Positions 31,212 to 42,003 of a stretch of DNA of 64,000 bases are shown here, one piece after another (within the stretch, counting starts at the first letter, position 1; the number at the start of each line of letters is the position of its first letter). The notes below the pieces were generated by a model. The model did no database searches, had not been told where the DNA came from, and was given only the letters and a program-made list of their open reading frames with translations. Position numbers and translations under genes: made by a program. Source of the stretch: Promethearchaeia archaeon. Its GTDB lineage: Archaea; Asgardarchaeota; Lokiarchaeia; Sigyniarchaeales; SOKP01. The stretch is from assembly GCA_029856045.1 (NCBI GenBank), contig JAHQWG010000028.1, forward strand, positions 256,001 through 320,000, in the 5' to 3' direction.

Positions 31212-31248
31212 ACACAATTTTTTATAATATTTCTTTATTTCAATTATT

Positions 31249-31347
31249 ATGAGCTTTGCAGAAATAAATGGAATTAAAATTTGTTATGAAATCCATTGAG
31301 AAGGTTATCCCGTAATATTGATTCATGGATTTGGTGGAAAAAAAGAG
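31249..31347 (+). pseudogene. 5' remnant of a paralogous alpha/beta hydrolase
   Basis: MSFAEINGIKICYEIH*EGYPVILIHGFGGKKE with an internal TGA at 31297, matching the N-terminus of 30381..31211. Confidence 0.88.
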
Positions 31348-31467
31348 AATAGTTCAATCATAACTATTAAAAAAGTAGAATGAAAATAGGTTTAATTATA
31401 AATTGATTTTAAGAAATATAATCTCTTTAATTAACGACTTGTAATATATAGTATTTAGGGAAAGCTT

Positions 31468-32232
31468 TTGATAGAAAAAAGAGTGTTAATTCAAAGTACC
31501 ACTGGAAGTGATCTTCATGGGATCCATTTTTTGCATAGTAAAGAATCAAAAAAAAAATCAATTCTAATAATGTGTCATGGTTTTACAGGGGATAAATATG
31601 AACATGGCCATTTTCCTGAATTAGCTAAAACTTGTAATAAAGAGGGAATCGATGGACTGATTTTTGATTTTACGGGCTCTGGAGAAAATGAGAGAGTACC
31701 CATAACATTATTCAAACAAATTGAGGATTTAGAATCAGTATATAAATGGGTGCAAAATCAAGGTTATGGAAACATTGCTGTATTGGGATTATCATTCGGA
31801 GGTCTTACTGCACTAGGAGCTAATTTATTTGGAATTAAAACATACATTTTTTGGGCACCAGTTTTATTTCTTCATACTACTGATGATCAAACCGACTGGT
31901 TTAAGGATTTAAACAAAGGTCCCGTAGAAATTCCATCAACTATAGAGGGAAGACCTGTAATCATCGATTTAAGTTTTATGACAGATTTTGCAAAGCTTCG
32001 AGTAAAATCTCATTTAAAGAAGTTGGATTACCCCGTATTAATTATACAAGGAACTTCCGATGAAAAAGTGCCTTATGAATTAACAAGAAAAGCATTCAAT
32101 TTTATTCCAAATAATAATAAAAACAAGCTTGTAGAAATAGAAAATGCTCCTCATGACTTCGAAGGGGAAAATCTAAAAGAATTCATAAAACATACAATTG
32201 ATTGGTTGAAATTCCATTTAGGTGGAAACTGA
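31468..32232 (+). CDS. Alpha/beta hydrolase (different subfamily)
   Basis: CHGFTG, GLSFGG, QGTSD, APHDF. Confidence 0.88.
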   Translation: MIEKRVLIQSTTGSDLHGIHFLHSKESKKKSILIMCHGFTGDKYEHGHFPELAKTCNKEGIDGLIFDFTGSGENERVPITLFKQIEDLESVYKWVQNQGYGNIAVLGLSFGGLTALGANLFGIKTYIFWAPVLFLHTTDDQTDWFKDLNKGPVEIPSTIEGRPVIIDLSFMTDFAKLRVKSHLKKLDYPVLIIQGTSDEKVPYELTRKAFNFIPNNNKNKLVEIENAPHDFEGENLKEFIKHTIDWLKFHLGGN

Positions 32233-32324
32233 TTAATTATATTTTGCTTTCAAAAATTTTTGGTGTTTTCAATTTTAAATAGTTTTTGTGCCATAAGATA
32301 TCTCATTAAGAATAATATTTCGCA

Positions 32325-32426
32325 AATAGTACTTTAATAATACGGGAAAATGTTGGACATGATGCCCACTTTGAAAAAGCACCCGAAGTTAATCAAAATA
32401 TAATAAATTTTCTAAGAAATGAATAA
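32325..32426 (+). pseudogene. 3' remnant of a paralogous alpha/beta hydrolase
   Basis: NSTLIIRENVGHDAHFEKAPEVNQNIINFLRNE*, versus NSTLKILENTRHSSNLEKAPEVNQILIDFLKD*. Confidence 0.85.
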
Positions 32427-32465
32427 AAATATTGTAATATTAGTTATTTTAAATTATCAGATGAT

Positions 32466-33497
32466 ATGAAAAATATGCAGAATGAAATTAGAGAACCATC
32501 TGATTTGTTAGATGAGAATGGAAAATTAATTCAAAAAGGCTGGGCTCGAAAGTTAATTTTAAATTATAATAGAGAGAATATAAAAGCCGGTTGGCACAGA
32601 ATAAAAGAGTGGGATTATTACGCTATTTTACATCCCGATTTCGGTATTTCATTAGTTATTGCAGATGTAGGATATCTGGGTTTAACTACTGTCACTTGGC
32701 TCGATTTTGTAGAAAAAAGATTTACATCAGAAGACCAATTAAAATTATTTACTAGGGGGAAATTAGATTTACCGAGAACTTCCGAATCTGGAGATATCAA
32801 CTTCTCAAGTAAAAAAATAAATATAAATTTTGAAAAGAGAGGTATTAATCGCATCCTGTCAGTTGATTATCCAGGATTTATGATGGGTAAAGGAATTAAG
32901 GGTGAAATAACGCTATTTCAAGACCCAAATATGGATACAATGGTAATTGCAACACCCTTTAAAGAAAATGAGACTAGATTTTATTATAACCAAAAAATAA
33001 ATTGCATGCCTGCAAAGGGAACAATACAACTCGGGGAAAATAGTTATGAATTTACAGAAGATAAATGTTTTGGTGTTCTAGATTGGGGTCGGGGGGTCTG
33101 GACTTATAAAAATAGATGGTATTGGGGTTCTGCTTCGGGGTTATTAGAAGGAGTCCCGATTGGATGGAATATTGGTTATGGATTTGGTGACACATCAGCT
33201 GCAAGTGAAAATTTAATATTCTATAATGGCAAGGGACATAAATTTGACCAAGTTACTTTCCATATTGACCCAAATGATTACTTGAAACCATGGAAATTTA
33301 CAAGCAATGATGGACGTTTTGAGATGGACTTTGAGCCAATACTTGATCGTACAAATAAAATGAATCTTTTAATTTTAAAAACTGAGCCACATCAAGTTTT
33401 TGGGTATTATACAGGAGATTTAGTCCTTGATGATAGCACGAAACTTCATATTGATAAATTTATAGGATTTGCCGAAGAGGTTTTTAATAAATGGTAA
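32466..33497 (+). CDS. DUF2804 family protein
   Basis: RIKEWDYY, FYYNQKINCMPA, LDWGRGVW, HQVFG. Confidence 0.8.
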   Translation: MKNMQNEIREPSDLLDENGKLIQKGWARKLILNYNRENIKAGWHRIKEWDYYAILHPDFGISLVIADVGYLGLTTVTWLDFVEKRFTSEDQLKLFTRGKLDLPRTSESGDINFSSKKININFEKRGINRILSVDYPGFMMGKGIKGEITLFQDPNMDTMVIATPFKENETRFYYNQKINCMPAKGTIQLGENSYEFTEDKCFGVLDWGRGVWTYKNRWYWGSASGLLEGVPIGWNIGYGFGDTSAASENLIFYNGKGHKFDQVTFHIDPNDYLKPWKFTSNDGRFEMDFEPILDRTNKMNLLILKTEPHQVFGYYTGDLVLDDSTKLHIDKFIGFAEEVFNKW

Positions 33498-33514
33498 GGA
33501 AAATTTGAAAAAAT

Positions 33515-34684
33515 TTAGACTTGTAAAGATTTTTGATTTTTCAATTGTTTCCTGATTTTTCTTTTAAATTCTTTGAAATTGCCGGAACCACCTTGCCCAC
33601 CGATAAAAGTTGGCAAATAAAAATCTAGCTTAATTTTATTTAAAGAGACAATAGATGCAAACAAACTTTTAGCATCGAATTGTTTATAAATATGAGGTAA
33701 AAATTTTATATCTTCAAAAAAATCCATTACAACATTTTTTCCCGCACCTTGAATCTTTTTATATATTGGTATCCATTTCTCATGGTATTTAGGTTCGGTT
33801 CCTGCCCCAGGAACCCATTGGATCCCGGTTATTAACGGAATATCTAATATATCATCTAAGTGCGTAAGTGCAAGTGGACCATCTAAATGATAAATTGCAT
33901 AATCCAAATGCTCAGCTTGAGTAATTATATCTGGTAAAGCAAATCTTTTAAACCATTTGGGGGATAACATTGCACTAAAATCGCATTGAATTGGATACCA
34001 ACGTTTAGGACACCATATGTTCATCCAACTATTGCATCCATCTCCATATTGTTCGATAATTGTTTGGAGATCATCATAAATTTTTAAGGTTTTTTCTAGA
34101 ATTATAGCCCGACAAGTATCAATAATATTTGGGCTACGTTTCATAGCAAGTATTAAATTTTCAGGTCTCAAAAAGGAGGATAGAATATCTAAAATACCTC
34201 CAAGATCGGTCATTGCAATAGAATAATCCATGCCCGCTCGTTTAGCCGCGTATTCAGTGATTCTGATAAGTCGGGCATACCATGGATTATTCATATTGAT
34301 TTTTACGCTTTCCAGTAAAGGGACGATTTCTTCAATAGAAGTAGTTTTATTAAACCATACGGTCTGAGACATAAACTTAGGTTCAATACCAAAAATTGAT
34401 GCCATAATTCCAGCTCCATAATTAGGAAAAAATGTAGGAATAGCATCTCCCCCAAAATATAATTTTTTTGATACTCTTTCAAAATCATCCAAACAAGGAC
34501 CGATATCATCCCAATTTTTTGCTAAACACCAAGGAATAAAATATTCAATTATTTCCTCAATTAAGAATTTTTCATTTAATCGAGGATGACAATAACTAAG
34601 ACAAGGACGATCAAGTATTTCATGATCCCACCATGCTTTTAAGCATTCCTTGGCTTCATTAATATCTTCTTTAAAAACCCTCAT
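33515..34684 (-). CDS. UroD/methyltransferase-fold protein
   Basis: QCDFSAMLSP, IYHLDGP, IQWVPGAG. Confidence 0.7.
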   Translation of the reverse strand: MRVFKEDINEAKECLKAWWDHEILDRPCLSYCHPRLNEKFLIEEIIEYFIPWCLAKNWDDIGPCLDDFERVSKKLYFGGDAIPTFFPNYGAGIMASIFGIEPKFMSQTVWFNKTTSIEEIVPLLESVKINMNNPWYARLIRITEYAAKRAGMDYSIAMTDLGGILDILSSFLRPENLILAMKRSPNIIDTCRAIILEKTLKIYDDLQTIIEQYGDGCNSWMNIWCPKRWYPIQCDFSAMLSPKWFKRFALPDIITQAEHLDYAIYHLDGPLALTHLDDILDIPLITGIQWVPGAGTEPKYHEKWIPIYKKIQGAGKNVVMDFFEDIKFLPHIYKQFDAKSLFASIVSLNKIKLDFYLPTFIGGQGGSGNFKEFKRKIRKQLKNQKSLQV

Positions 34685-34699
34685 TTTTCCTCATAAAAT

Positions 34700-35887
34700 T
34701 TATACATATTCTATAGTTCCAGGAGGTTTGGGGGTTATGTCATAATATATAAATTTTGTTTCAGAAATTTCAAGCAATTTACTTTTAATCTGATTTATCA
34801 AATCTATTGGCAGATTTGTAACGCTTGCTGTTCTTGCGTCTTTACTATTAATACTTCGGATTATAACATCATACCGTCCTTTTTGATTGCAACCAAGTTC
34901 AAAAAACATTCTAGCATATCCTTTAATTTGCGCTGCTATCTTTATAAGTTTTTTATAATCCCAATTTCCCTTCACACATAATGGAACTTCATAAGATCTT
35001 TTACCATCAACTATCCCAGTGACTTTTTTATTAAGAACATCTTCACTAATTGCTGCAAACGCTTGGAACGGTTCTTCTTCTCCTTTTTCGTTTATTATCA
35101 TTGATTTCCCATATTTTTCTATATAATAATCATCAATACGAGTTTCTACAATGTCATGAACCTTTTTTTCAAATTTTAAATTATCAAGAGTTACTGGTCC
35201 TATAATTCTTGCTGAAAGTGCAGGTCCAGGGAATGCTTTCCTATAAACTAATTCTTGAGGCATTTTAAGATATTCAAGAACCTTTCGAACTTCTGGTTTC
35301 GTTAGACTGGCTACGGGCTGAATAGTTGCATCAACATCGTATTCAATTTCCACATTATGCTGACTTTTTATAAATCCTTTAATATTTTTTTTTTTCAATA
35401 TATTCTCTTCTTCTATAGACATTGTTTCTTTTAAGTCTGTGATTTTAACTCCAAAACTTTCTTCAATATCTGGAAGAATAGTACCATCTGCGAGTAAATC
35501 GCAATTCTCCTTATCTATGACTTTACTTATGGTTTCTGAGTAGGCATCTTTGAAAAGTTTTCTCTTTACTTCTGCATCGCCCTTACCTATAATTTTAGGG
35601 AGAAATTTCTCCCGAATATCTAAAATAATGGTATCAGGAAAGTTTTTCTTAATATCTTCTCTTTCTTCTACACCATTAATTATTCTCATTAGTCCATGAT
35701 CAATAAATACTGGAATCGCATTGATTTTTGCTTTTTTAAGTAGAAGATATGTGGCGGAACTATCCACCCCTCCAGATAGTGCGCAAAAAACTTTTTTTTC
35801 CTTTGCATGTTTTTGTAAAAATTGAACAGCAGCATCTACAAACTTCTCAGGTTCGTGAGGTGCATTTATTAAACGATGGTTTAACAT
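34700..35887 (-). CDS. guaAB: GMP synthase ATP-pyrophosphatase subunit B
   Basis: ALSGGVDSS, IDHGLMR, IKSQHNV, FPGPALSARI, YDITPKPPGTIE. Confidence 0.88.
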   Translation of the reverse strand: MLNHRLINAPHEPEKFVDAAVQFLQKHAKEKKVFCALSGGVDSSATYLLLKKAKINAIPVFIDHGLMRIINGVEEREDIKKNFPDTIILDIREKFLPKIIGKGDAEVKRKLFKDAYSETISKVIDKENCDLLADGTILPDIEESFGVKITDLKETMSIEEENILKKKNIKGFIKSQHNVEIEYDVDATIQPVASLTKPEVRKVLEYLKMPQELVYRKAFPGPALSARIIGPVTLDNLKFEKKVHDIVETRIDDYYIEKYGKSMIINEKGEEEPFQAFAAISEDVLNKKVTGIVDGKRSYEVPLCVKGNWDYKKLIKIAAQIKGYARMFFELGCNQKGRYDVIIRSINSKDARTASVTNLPIDLINQIKSKLLEISETKFIYYDITPKPPGTIEYV

Positions 35888-35989
35888 AGCGTATTTAATG
35901 ATGTAAGATTTAATTAACTTTTTGGTTATTATTAAAAAATTAGTAAAATTATATGAGAATCTGGGCTAATCATACAATTTTATTTTAAA

Positions 35990-36346
35990 TTAATCGATAT
36001 TCATTGAATCGGGTAAAATCCATACAGGTGGATCTTTTCGAAGTCCTTTTTTTTTTAAAGATTCGATTTTTCTCTTATAAATTTTATAAAAATCCTGTCC
36101 TAATAAGCAAATTCCCTCATCTATTGCATCTAAGATCGATACAATGCCTTCAATAAACATTGTATCGAACTCTTGAGGAGTGTAGCAAAAAGCATCTAAG
36201 CCAAGTTTACGGTTATGTTTCTCGTAAATTATACTAGAACGATTTATAAATTTCTCTTTAAAATCTCCTATAAATATTAAATCTATGTCGCTATGAGGTA
36301 AAAAATCCTCTCTAACTCGAGATCCAAACAAAATTACACAATCCAA
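35990..36346 (-). CDS. Minimal nucleotidyltransferase (true start probably about 27 codons upstream)
   Basis: LFGSRVREDFLPHSDID. The frame is open upstream to about 36430 with no ATG/GTG/TTG. Confidence 0.85.
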   Translation of the reverse strand: MDCVILFGSRVREDFLPHSDIDLIFIGDFKEKFINRSSIIYEKHNRKLGLDAFCYTPQEFDTMFIEGIVSILDAIDEGICLLGQDFYKIYKRKIESLKKKGLRKDPPVWILPDSMNID

Positions 36347-36401
36347 AGAGATATAATTCTTAATTTCTTTAATAAAATTGCTAAGATAATTTATTACATC
36401 T

Positions 36402-36818
36402 TCATTTTTTTGAATTTTTTTTGAAATAATTCATCTCCTCTTCTACATAATTAATAATTTTTTCTGCTTGTTTTATGGAATGTTGAGCTTCTTCCTTATT
36501 ATATGCTTTATGAGGTGCAATTCCTGGTAATGAATCTGGATATCTGGTTGGAATATATTGTTTATCAAGACTGAGTGCTTCCTTTTCTACGCTACTAATT
36601 TGGCGATTTTTTATTTCCTTGTATTTTTCCAATAAAGAAGTTATTGAGTGCCCCCATCCATTTAAATTACAAGAAAACATTAATGCTTTTACTGCCTTTT
36701 CTGATGTTTGTTGAGAATGAAACACAGCGGTATTATATCTTTGATTTTTCAACAATATTTTTGCATTCTCAAGATCCCAATACGCCTCATTAAGCCAATT
36801 TTCTACTATTTTCTTCAT
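36402..36818 (-). CDS. HEPN domain protein
   Basis: FHSQQTSEKAVKA, WGHS, YIPTRYPD. Confidence 0.88.
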   Translation of the reverse strand: MKKIVENWLNEAYWDLENAKILLKNQRYNTAVFHSQQTSEKAVKALMFSCNLNGWGHSITSLLEKYKEIKNRQISSVEKEALSLDKQYIPTRYPDSLPGIAPHKAYNKEEAQHSIKQAEKIINYVEEEMNYFKKNSKK

Positions 36819-36943
36819 GAAATCTCTTTTTATTTTGATCTAGTTCCTTTTAAACTAAATAATAATAATCGCATATATAATATAATTTTATTATATAAGT
36901 AAAGATAAAAAAAGAATGAATTAAAGTTCTGATTTAAAGTTCT

Positions 36944-36973
36944 AACTTTAACTATAACTTTAACTTTAACTTT
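36944..36973. repeat. Short hexamer tandem repeat (AACTTT)x5, one imperfect unit
   Basis: aacttt aactat aacttt aacttt aacttt immediately 3' of the GH3 gene. Confidence 0.7.
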
Positions 36974-39146
36974 AAATTATTTCAAATTTCCCTTCTACAA
37001 TATTAATATTTGTATCACTATATCCAGGTTGGCACCCACCTACAGTTATAAATATTTCACCCGGCTGAATAATCTGTTCTCCATTCTCATTAAATATTGA
37101 AAACTGCTCTGGTAAAAGTATAAATGAAACCGTTTTTCTCTCTCCTTTTTTTAGTGTAATTCTTTTAAAACCTTGAAGTTCTCGAATTGGAGCTTGAGAT
37201 GAGATAGAACGCTTATTTAAATAAAGTTGTACAACCTCATCACCTAATTGATTACCAATATTTTCAATATCTACACCAATAGTAACTTTATCATCCGTTT
37301 TTACTTTACTTGGAGAAATCTGAAGATTACAATATTTGAATTTCGTATAACTAAGACCATAGCCGAAAGAAAATAATGGTTTATCTTTAAAATATCGATA
37401 AGTTCTCCCCACCATACTATAATCGTGAAAATCAGGTAATTGATCAACTGATTTATAAAAAGTCACAGGCAACCTTCCTGCGGGGTTATAGTTTCCAAAA
37501 ATTACATCGGCTAACGCTGCCCCACCTTCTTCACCAGGATACCATATTTGTATAATCGCAGGAATATTTTCTTTCGCAAAATTAAAAGATAATGCACTAC
37601 CACTAGATAATAGGAGAATAATAGGTTTGCCGATATTATATATTTCCTTTAAAAGTTCTTCTTGAATTTCTGGAATATTCAGATGAATGCGATCGCCTCT
37701 TAAATCTGATTCTGCTGCCTCACCTTCTTCACTTTCAATGCGTGGTGATATACCCAATACCATAATAACTACATCGGATTTTTTAGAAATCTCAATTGCT
37801 TCATTAAAATCATCTGTAGATTTTTCTTTAAGAGGACATCCTTTTGCATAATAGACTTCAGTCTCAGGTGATGCAACATTTTTAATTCCTTGAAGAGGTG
37901 TCGTGTATTTAGATGGAATACCATTATAATTCCCAAGGAGTACATCTAAATTATCAGCATTAGGTCCAATTATGGCTATTGATTTAATATTTTTGTTTAA
38001 GGGAAGTATATTATTTTCATTTTTCAATAACACAATCGATTCTCTTGCCGCTTTTCGAGCAAGATCCCTATGTTTTTCACAGTCATTCACTTCGAAAGGT
38101 ATTTGTGCATATGGAACAATCTCTGGTGGATCAAACATGCCGAGCCTAAATTGCGCGTTAAAGAGGCGTTTAATTGATTTATCAATGATATCTTCTGTAA
38201 GTAAACCTTTTTCTACCGCTCCCTTTATCCAATCCCATACAATCCTTTTACTTCGTTTGGTTCCAATCCCAATGCAGCAAAAAAGGTCACAACCCGCATT
38301 AAGTGCCATTGCCACCGCTTCCTCGGGAGAGAAGACAACTTTATGAAACTTAAAAATATCTGAAATTGCACCACAATCAGAAACCACATATCCATCAAAA
38401 TTCCATTTTTTGCGCAAAATATCCTCTAATAATAATTTACTTCCACAACATGGTTCCCCATTGATTCTATTATAGGCTCCCATAATAGAAAAGGCCTTAC
38501 CTTCCTGTATACAAGCTTTAAAAGCGGGGAGATATGTTTCATAGAGATCCTTTTGACTAACTTTTGCATCAAAATGATGACGCTCCGATTCCAACCCACT
38601 ATAAGCAACATAATGCTTAGGTGTTGCAACTAATTTTAAATATTTTGATTCATTTCCTTGGAGTCCTTTAACAAATGTTACTCCCATCCTTGACGTGAGA
38701 TAAGGATCTTCGCCATAAGTCTCTTGACCTCGCCCCCATCGAGGATCTCTGAAAATATTTACATTCGGACTCCAAAAAGTAAGACCTTGAAATATTTTTC
38801 TTTGATTTTTTCTTACTGCTTCATGATGTTTGGCTCTCGCTTCATCAGATATAGCTGTTGCCACCTGACCCATTAATTGAGTGTTCCAAGTAGCTGCTAA
38901 ACCAATTGCCTGAGGAAATACAGTTGCAGTCCCAGAAAAACCAACTCCGTGCAGACATTCATTCCACCAGTTATATTTAGGTATTTTCAGCCGGTCAATT
39001 TTTGGAGCATCGTTCAATAACTGTGAAATCTTTTCATCAAAGGTCATTCTTGCTACTAAATCTTCCACTCTCTTTTCAATAGGTTGAGCATAATCAAGGT
39101 AAAGTGGTTTATTCATTTCATTCTTTTTTTCCATACATTTTTTCAC
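36972..39146 (-). CDS. Glycoside hydrolase family 3 (beta-xylosidase/glucosidase)
   Basis: WWNECLHG, RDPRWGRGQETYGEDP, KHY, VVSDCGA, C-terminal Fn3-like domain. Confidence 0.93.
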   Translation of the reverse strand: MKKCMEKKNEMNKPLYLDYAQPIEKRVEDLVARMTFDEKISQLLNDAPKIDRLKIPKYNWWNECLHGVGFSGTATVFPQAIGLAATWNTQLMGQVATAISDEARAKHHEAVRKNQRKIFQGLTFWSPNVNIFRDPRWGRGQETYGEDPYLTSRMGVTFVKGLQGNESKYLKLVATPKHYVAYSGLESERHHFDAKVSQKDLYETYLPAFKACIQEGKAFSIMGAYNRINGEPCCGSKLLLEDILRKKWNFDGYVVSDCGAISDIFKFHKVVFSPEEAVAMALNAGCDLFCCIGIGTKRSKRIVWDWIKGAVEKGLLTEDIIDKSIKRLFNAQFRLGMFDPPEIVPYAQIPFEVNDCEKHRDLARKAARESIVLLKNENNILPLNKNIKSIAIIGPNADNLDVLLGNYNGIPSKYTTPLQGIKNVASPETEVYYAKGCPLKEKSTDDFNEAIEISKKSDVVIMVLGISPRIESEEGEAAESDLRGDRIHLNIPEIQEELLKEIYNIGKPIILLLSSGSALSFNFAKENIPAIIQIWYPGEEGGAALADVIFGNYNPAGRLPVTFYKSVDQLPDFHDYSMVGRTYRYFKDKPLFSFGYGLSYTKFKYCNLQISPSKVKTDDKVTIGVDIENIGNQLGDEVVQLYLNKRSISSQAPIRELQGFKRITLKKGERKTVSFILLPEQFSIFNENGEQIIQPGEIFITVGGCQPGYSDTNINIVEGKFEII

Positions 39147-39229
39147 TAAAAATATTTGTATAAATATGCGATCTATTCAAATTTATAATTAATTTCAGTT
39201 TAGAAATAAATTTTTTGAATTTTTATTTG

Positions 39230-40570
39230 TTAATTAAACATTTCCATAAAAGCCCCGAGTCTTGTTTTCACTTGTTCGATGTTTTCTCCAATTTTATTAA
39301 AAGTTAGAGCAGTTGTGGGAATTTCAAGCTCATTTCTAACTTTTTGACGAAGTATTGTATAACAATTTGATATTGAATGACAACCAAATAGTTCGATAAA
39401 TATTAAGCCGTCAACATCCATTTTCCTTGCAACCCTAATATAAGAATCGGTTAGGGCATTATTATCACAACCAACGCCTTTTGTTGTAATGTCCATCAGG
39501 TATTTAGCATAATTTTCCGCTGGATCAGAATAAGTATTAACCTCAACATTTTCCAAAGCCCCTAATATTTCCCAATCAGCATAAAGAAGTCGACCACCCA
39601 TTTTATATATTAAATTGTGAGATTCTGGTTCCCAACCTCCAAACCGAGGTGTTAAAAGAATACGAGGTCGATTAGATACATCCATCCCTATTTTCTTCCT
39701 AATCCTTTCTTTCATTTCTTTAACTAAATTTCTAAAATTTTTCAAATATGTCTCAGCATTAGAATTAAAATCTTGAAATGATATGCTCAAAAGGGCGAGT
39801 ATTTCAGAAAAGGTTGCAGGGTTACAAGGGTAAAAATCAGAATTACTTATTTCATAAATAATTTCTCTGTACAATTCTCTACATTCATTACTGATTCTAA
39901 ACTGTTTTCTTAGGTCATTATCAGTAATGGAATTTCCAGTTAATTTTTCTAATTGAGAAATAGTTTCTTTTACATTTTCGGTGCAAATTTCCAAAGCATT
40001 GCCAATATTTCTCGGAGGAATGTCCAACCAGATTAATTTATCACTAAATCGCTTTAAAGATTCATAATATTTGTTAAAGGCACTACACCTTATTATAACA
40101 TTTAAGTTTGCGTCCAAATTATTATGTCTTGATGAATGCATGCCATAAAGCGCCTTAATTCCATAACAAAAGTCATTGGAAACCCCTTCTTCAATCCCCA
40201 AATCATACATTTTATTATATTTATAGTTTAGTGAGTTAATCACGTCATCTATTATTCCATCAAATACTTTAAGAAAATCAAATTTTCTTATAAATCCTAA
40301 AAAATTTGACACTGCCTTCCAACCAAAAAGACCTGAGGCCGAATTTAATGCCTCTAAGTACGTATTAACTTTAAATTTTTCTAATCTTATCGGGAAAATA
40401 GGAATTGCTTTTGCTGCAAATACTAAGTCACTAAAGGGGAACACAACTGAAATTAATTTCTTTCCTTTTCTATTGGATTTAATATTGAATTTTCGTCCGG
40501 AATGCAAAAAATCATAGGACATTCTTAACATTGAAGTAAAATTTATAACATCATCCGTCATTAAACTCAT
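39230..40570 (-). CDS. HGD-D family (2-hydroxyacyl-CoA dehydratase-type) subunit
   Basis: DFCYGIK, IIRCS, FGCH, TRLGAFMEM. Confidence 0.75.
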   Translation of the reverse strand: MSLMTDDVINFTSMLRMSYDFLHSGRKFNIKSNRKGKKLISVVFPFSDLVFAAKAIPIFPIRLEKFKVNTYLEALNSASGLFGWKAVSNFLGFIRKFDFLKVFDGIIDDVINSLNYKYNKMYDLGIEEGVSNDFCYGIKALYGMHSSRHNNLDANLNVIIRCSAFNKYYESLKRFSDKLIWLDIPPRNIGNALEICTENVKETISQLEKLTGNSITDNDLRKQFRISNECRELYREIIYEISNSDFYPCNPATFSEILALLSISFQDFNSNAETYLKNFRNLVKEMKERIRKKIGMDVSNRPRILLTPRFGGWEPESHNLIYKMGGRLLYADWEILGALENVEVNTYSDPAENYAKYLMDITTKGVGCDNNALTDSYIRVARKMDVDGLIFIELFGCHSISNCYTILRQKVRNELEIPTTALTFNKIGENIEQVKTRLGAFMEMFN

Positions 40571-41707
40571 TTAAATCATCTCCAAAAATGCTTCAATCCT
40601 TGTGGATAATTGTCCATGTGAGGCTCTTGAGTAATCCCTCTCAATATTTAACACAAAATAATTTTTTTCTTGTAATTTCTCTTTTAATTGTTCTCTTGGT
40701 AAGCTCATATGGTCGCAGAATTTAATTATATGATTAATTACACCGATATTACTTATTCCCAATTTTTCTTTAAGGTCATTTATGATTGAAACGATTTTTT
40801 TAATTTTATATTCGATAAATTTTGGGACTACATGATCAGTATAAGTATTTCTCTTAAACATCTCTGTTAAAATGTCAAATGGATCGTTTTCTTTTTGTTG
40901 ATCTAACCAATTATCCTCAAATGTTTGTGAGAAATAAACGTCTCCAACCCAGGTATCTAAAAATATAACATTACCGCCTCCCTCTTCTATAATCTCTATT
41001 AAATCATCACCAAGAAATATCGAACATCCCGTTAAAATTACATTTTTCTTATTATTGATTTTGATTTGACCAGCGTTATTAATATTAAAATCTCTCAATT
41101 CCAATATTTTTGGACCATATAATAATGCTTTTTGGTATAATTCCAACTTATCTGAGCCGGAAATATCTAAATATTTTATTTTTGATATTTTTTTACGAAA
41201 TTTATTATATTTTTCAATACTAATGATAATATTTTCACTTGAAATAGAAGATCCTCTAATTTCTTCCAACTTTTTCTTAAATTCTATTAACTCTAGTCTA
41301 TAATATTTCAGTCCGTTTTCTGATAAAATATAAGGAACATAAAAATCAATTCTTGGAATATCAAAATATTTACAAATTATTTCTGAAGAACAAATATCGG
41401 AAACGCAGTGATTGGATACAATAAAATAATCGATTAAATCAAGAAATCGATATTTATTCGGCTTTACTGAAAATAAGCCTATAGTACTAAGAGCGAAACT
41501 ACAAGTTGAAGTCGGCAAATAATCCGCGCCTCTATCCATTAATTCGTCGTTTCCCGAAAAGATCAATCTCAATGGAATAAACCCAGCAGCGTCGATAAGT
41601 TCCTCAGGAATATTATCATGAGACATATAAGCAATTATTTTTTTACCTTTTTCCTTCTCTTGTTTCAAGAATTCATAGTACTCAAGAAAAAATTCTAAAT
41701 CTACCAT
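40571..41707 (-). CDS. HGD-D family (2-hydroxyacyl-CoA dehydratase-type) subunit
   Basis: IPEELIDAAG, TCSF, NHC, KFCD, TRIEAFLEM. Confidence 0.82.
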   Translation of the reverse strand: MVDLEFFLEYYEFLKQEKEKGKKIIAYMSHDNIPEELIDAAGFIPLRLIFSGNDELMDRGADYLPTSTCSFALSTIGLFSVKPNKYRFLDLIDYFIVSNHCVSDICSSEIICKYFDIPRIDFYVPYILSENGLKYYRLELIEFKKKLEEIRGSSISSENIIISIEKYNKFRKKISKIKYLDISGSDKLELYQKALLYGPKILELRDFNINNAGQIKINNKKNVILTGCSIFLGDDLIEIIEEGGGNVIFLDTWVGDVYFSQTFEDNWLDQQKENDPFDILTEMFKRNTYTDHVVPKFIEYKIKKIVSIINDLKEKLGISNIGVINHIIKFCDHMSLPREQLKEKLQEKNYFVLNIERDYSRASHGQLSTRIEAFLEMI

Positions 41708-42003
41708 TTGAATTAGAAAATTAAATTCAGTAAAAAAGGTTTTTGAAAATTAAATGAATATGAATAGTATTTGAATGTTTTATTTTAATTTATGATTGTG
41801 TATTTAATGAAAATAATTTAAATTATCAAAAAAATATAAATTTTTAAATACTAAATTTAAATAATAAAGAATGCTTTACCACAAAGATAATAAATGTACC
41901 CAAAGACTTAAATATTAGTTATGATTTTTATCATTTTGGTTATCAAATTTTTTTAGATTTTTACCAAAAACAGAATTTATATTTTTTTAGGGGTTGAGGA
42001 AGT

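Noticed and set aside
31297-31299. In-frame TGA in the hydrolase remnant as possible selenocysteine
   Set aside because: It aligns to Gly, not Cys, and homology ends about 16 codons later. A nonsense mutation in a pseudogene explains it.
36921-36973. TTAAAGTTCT x2 and AACTTT x5 repeats as a CRISPR or mobile-element end
   Set aside because: Units are too short, there are no spacers, and no cas or transposase gene is nearby. This is a simple microsatellite, possibly in a terminator region.
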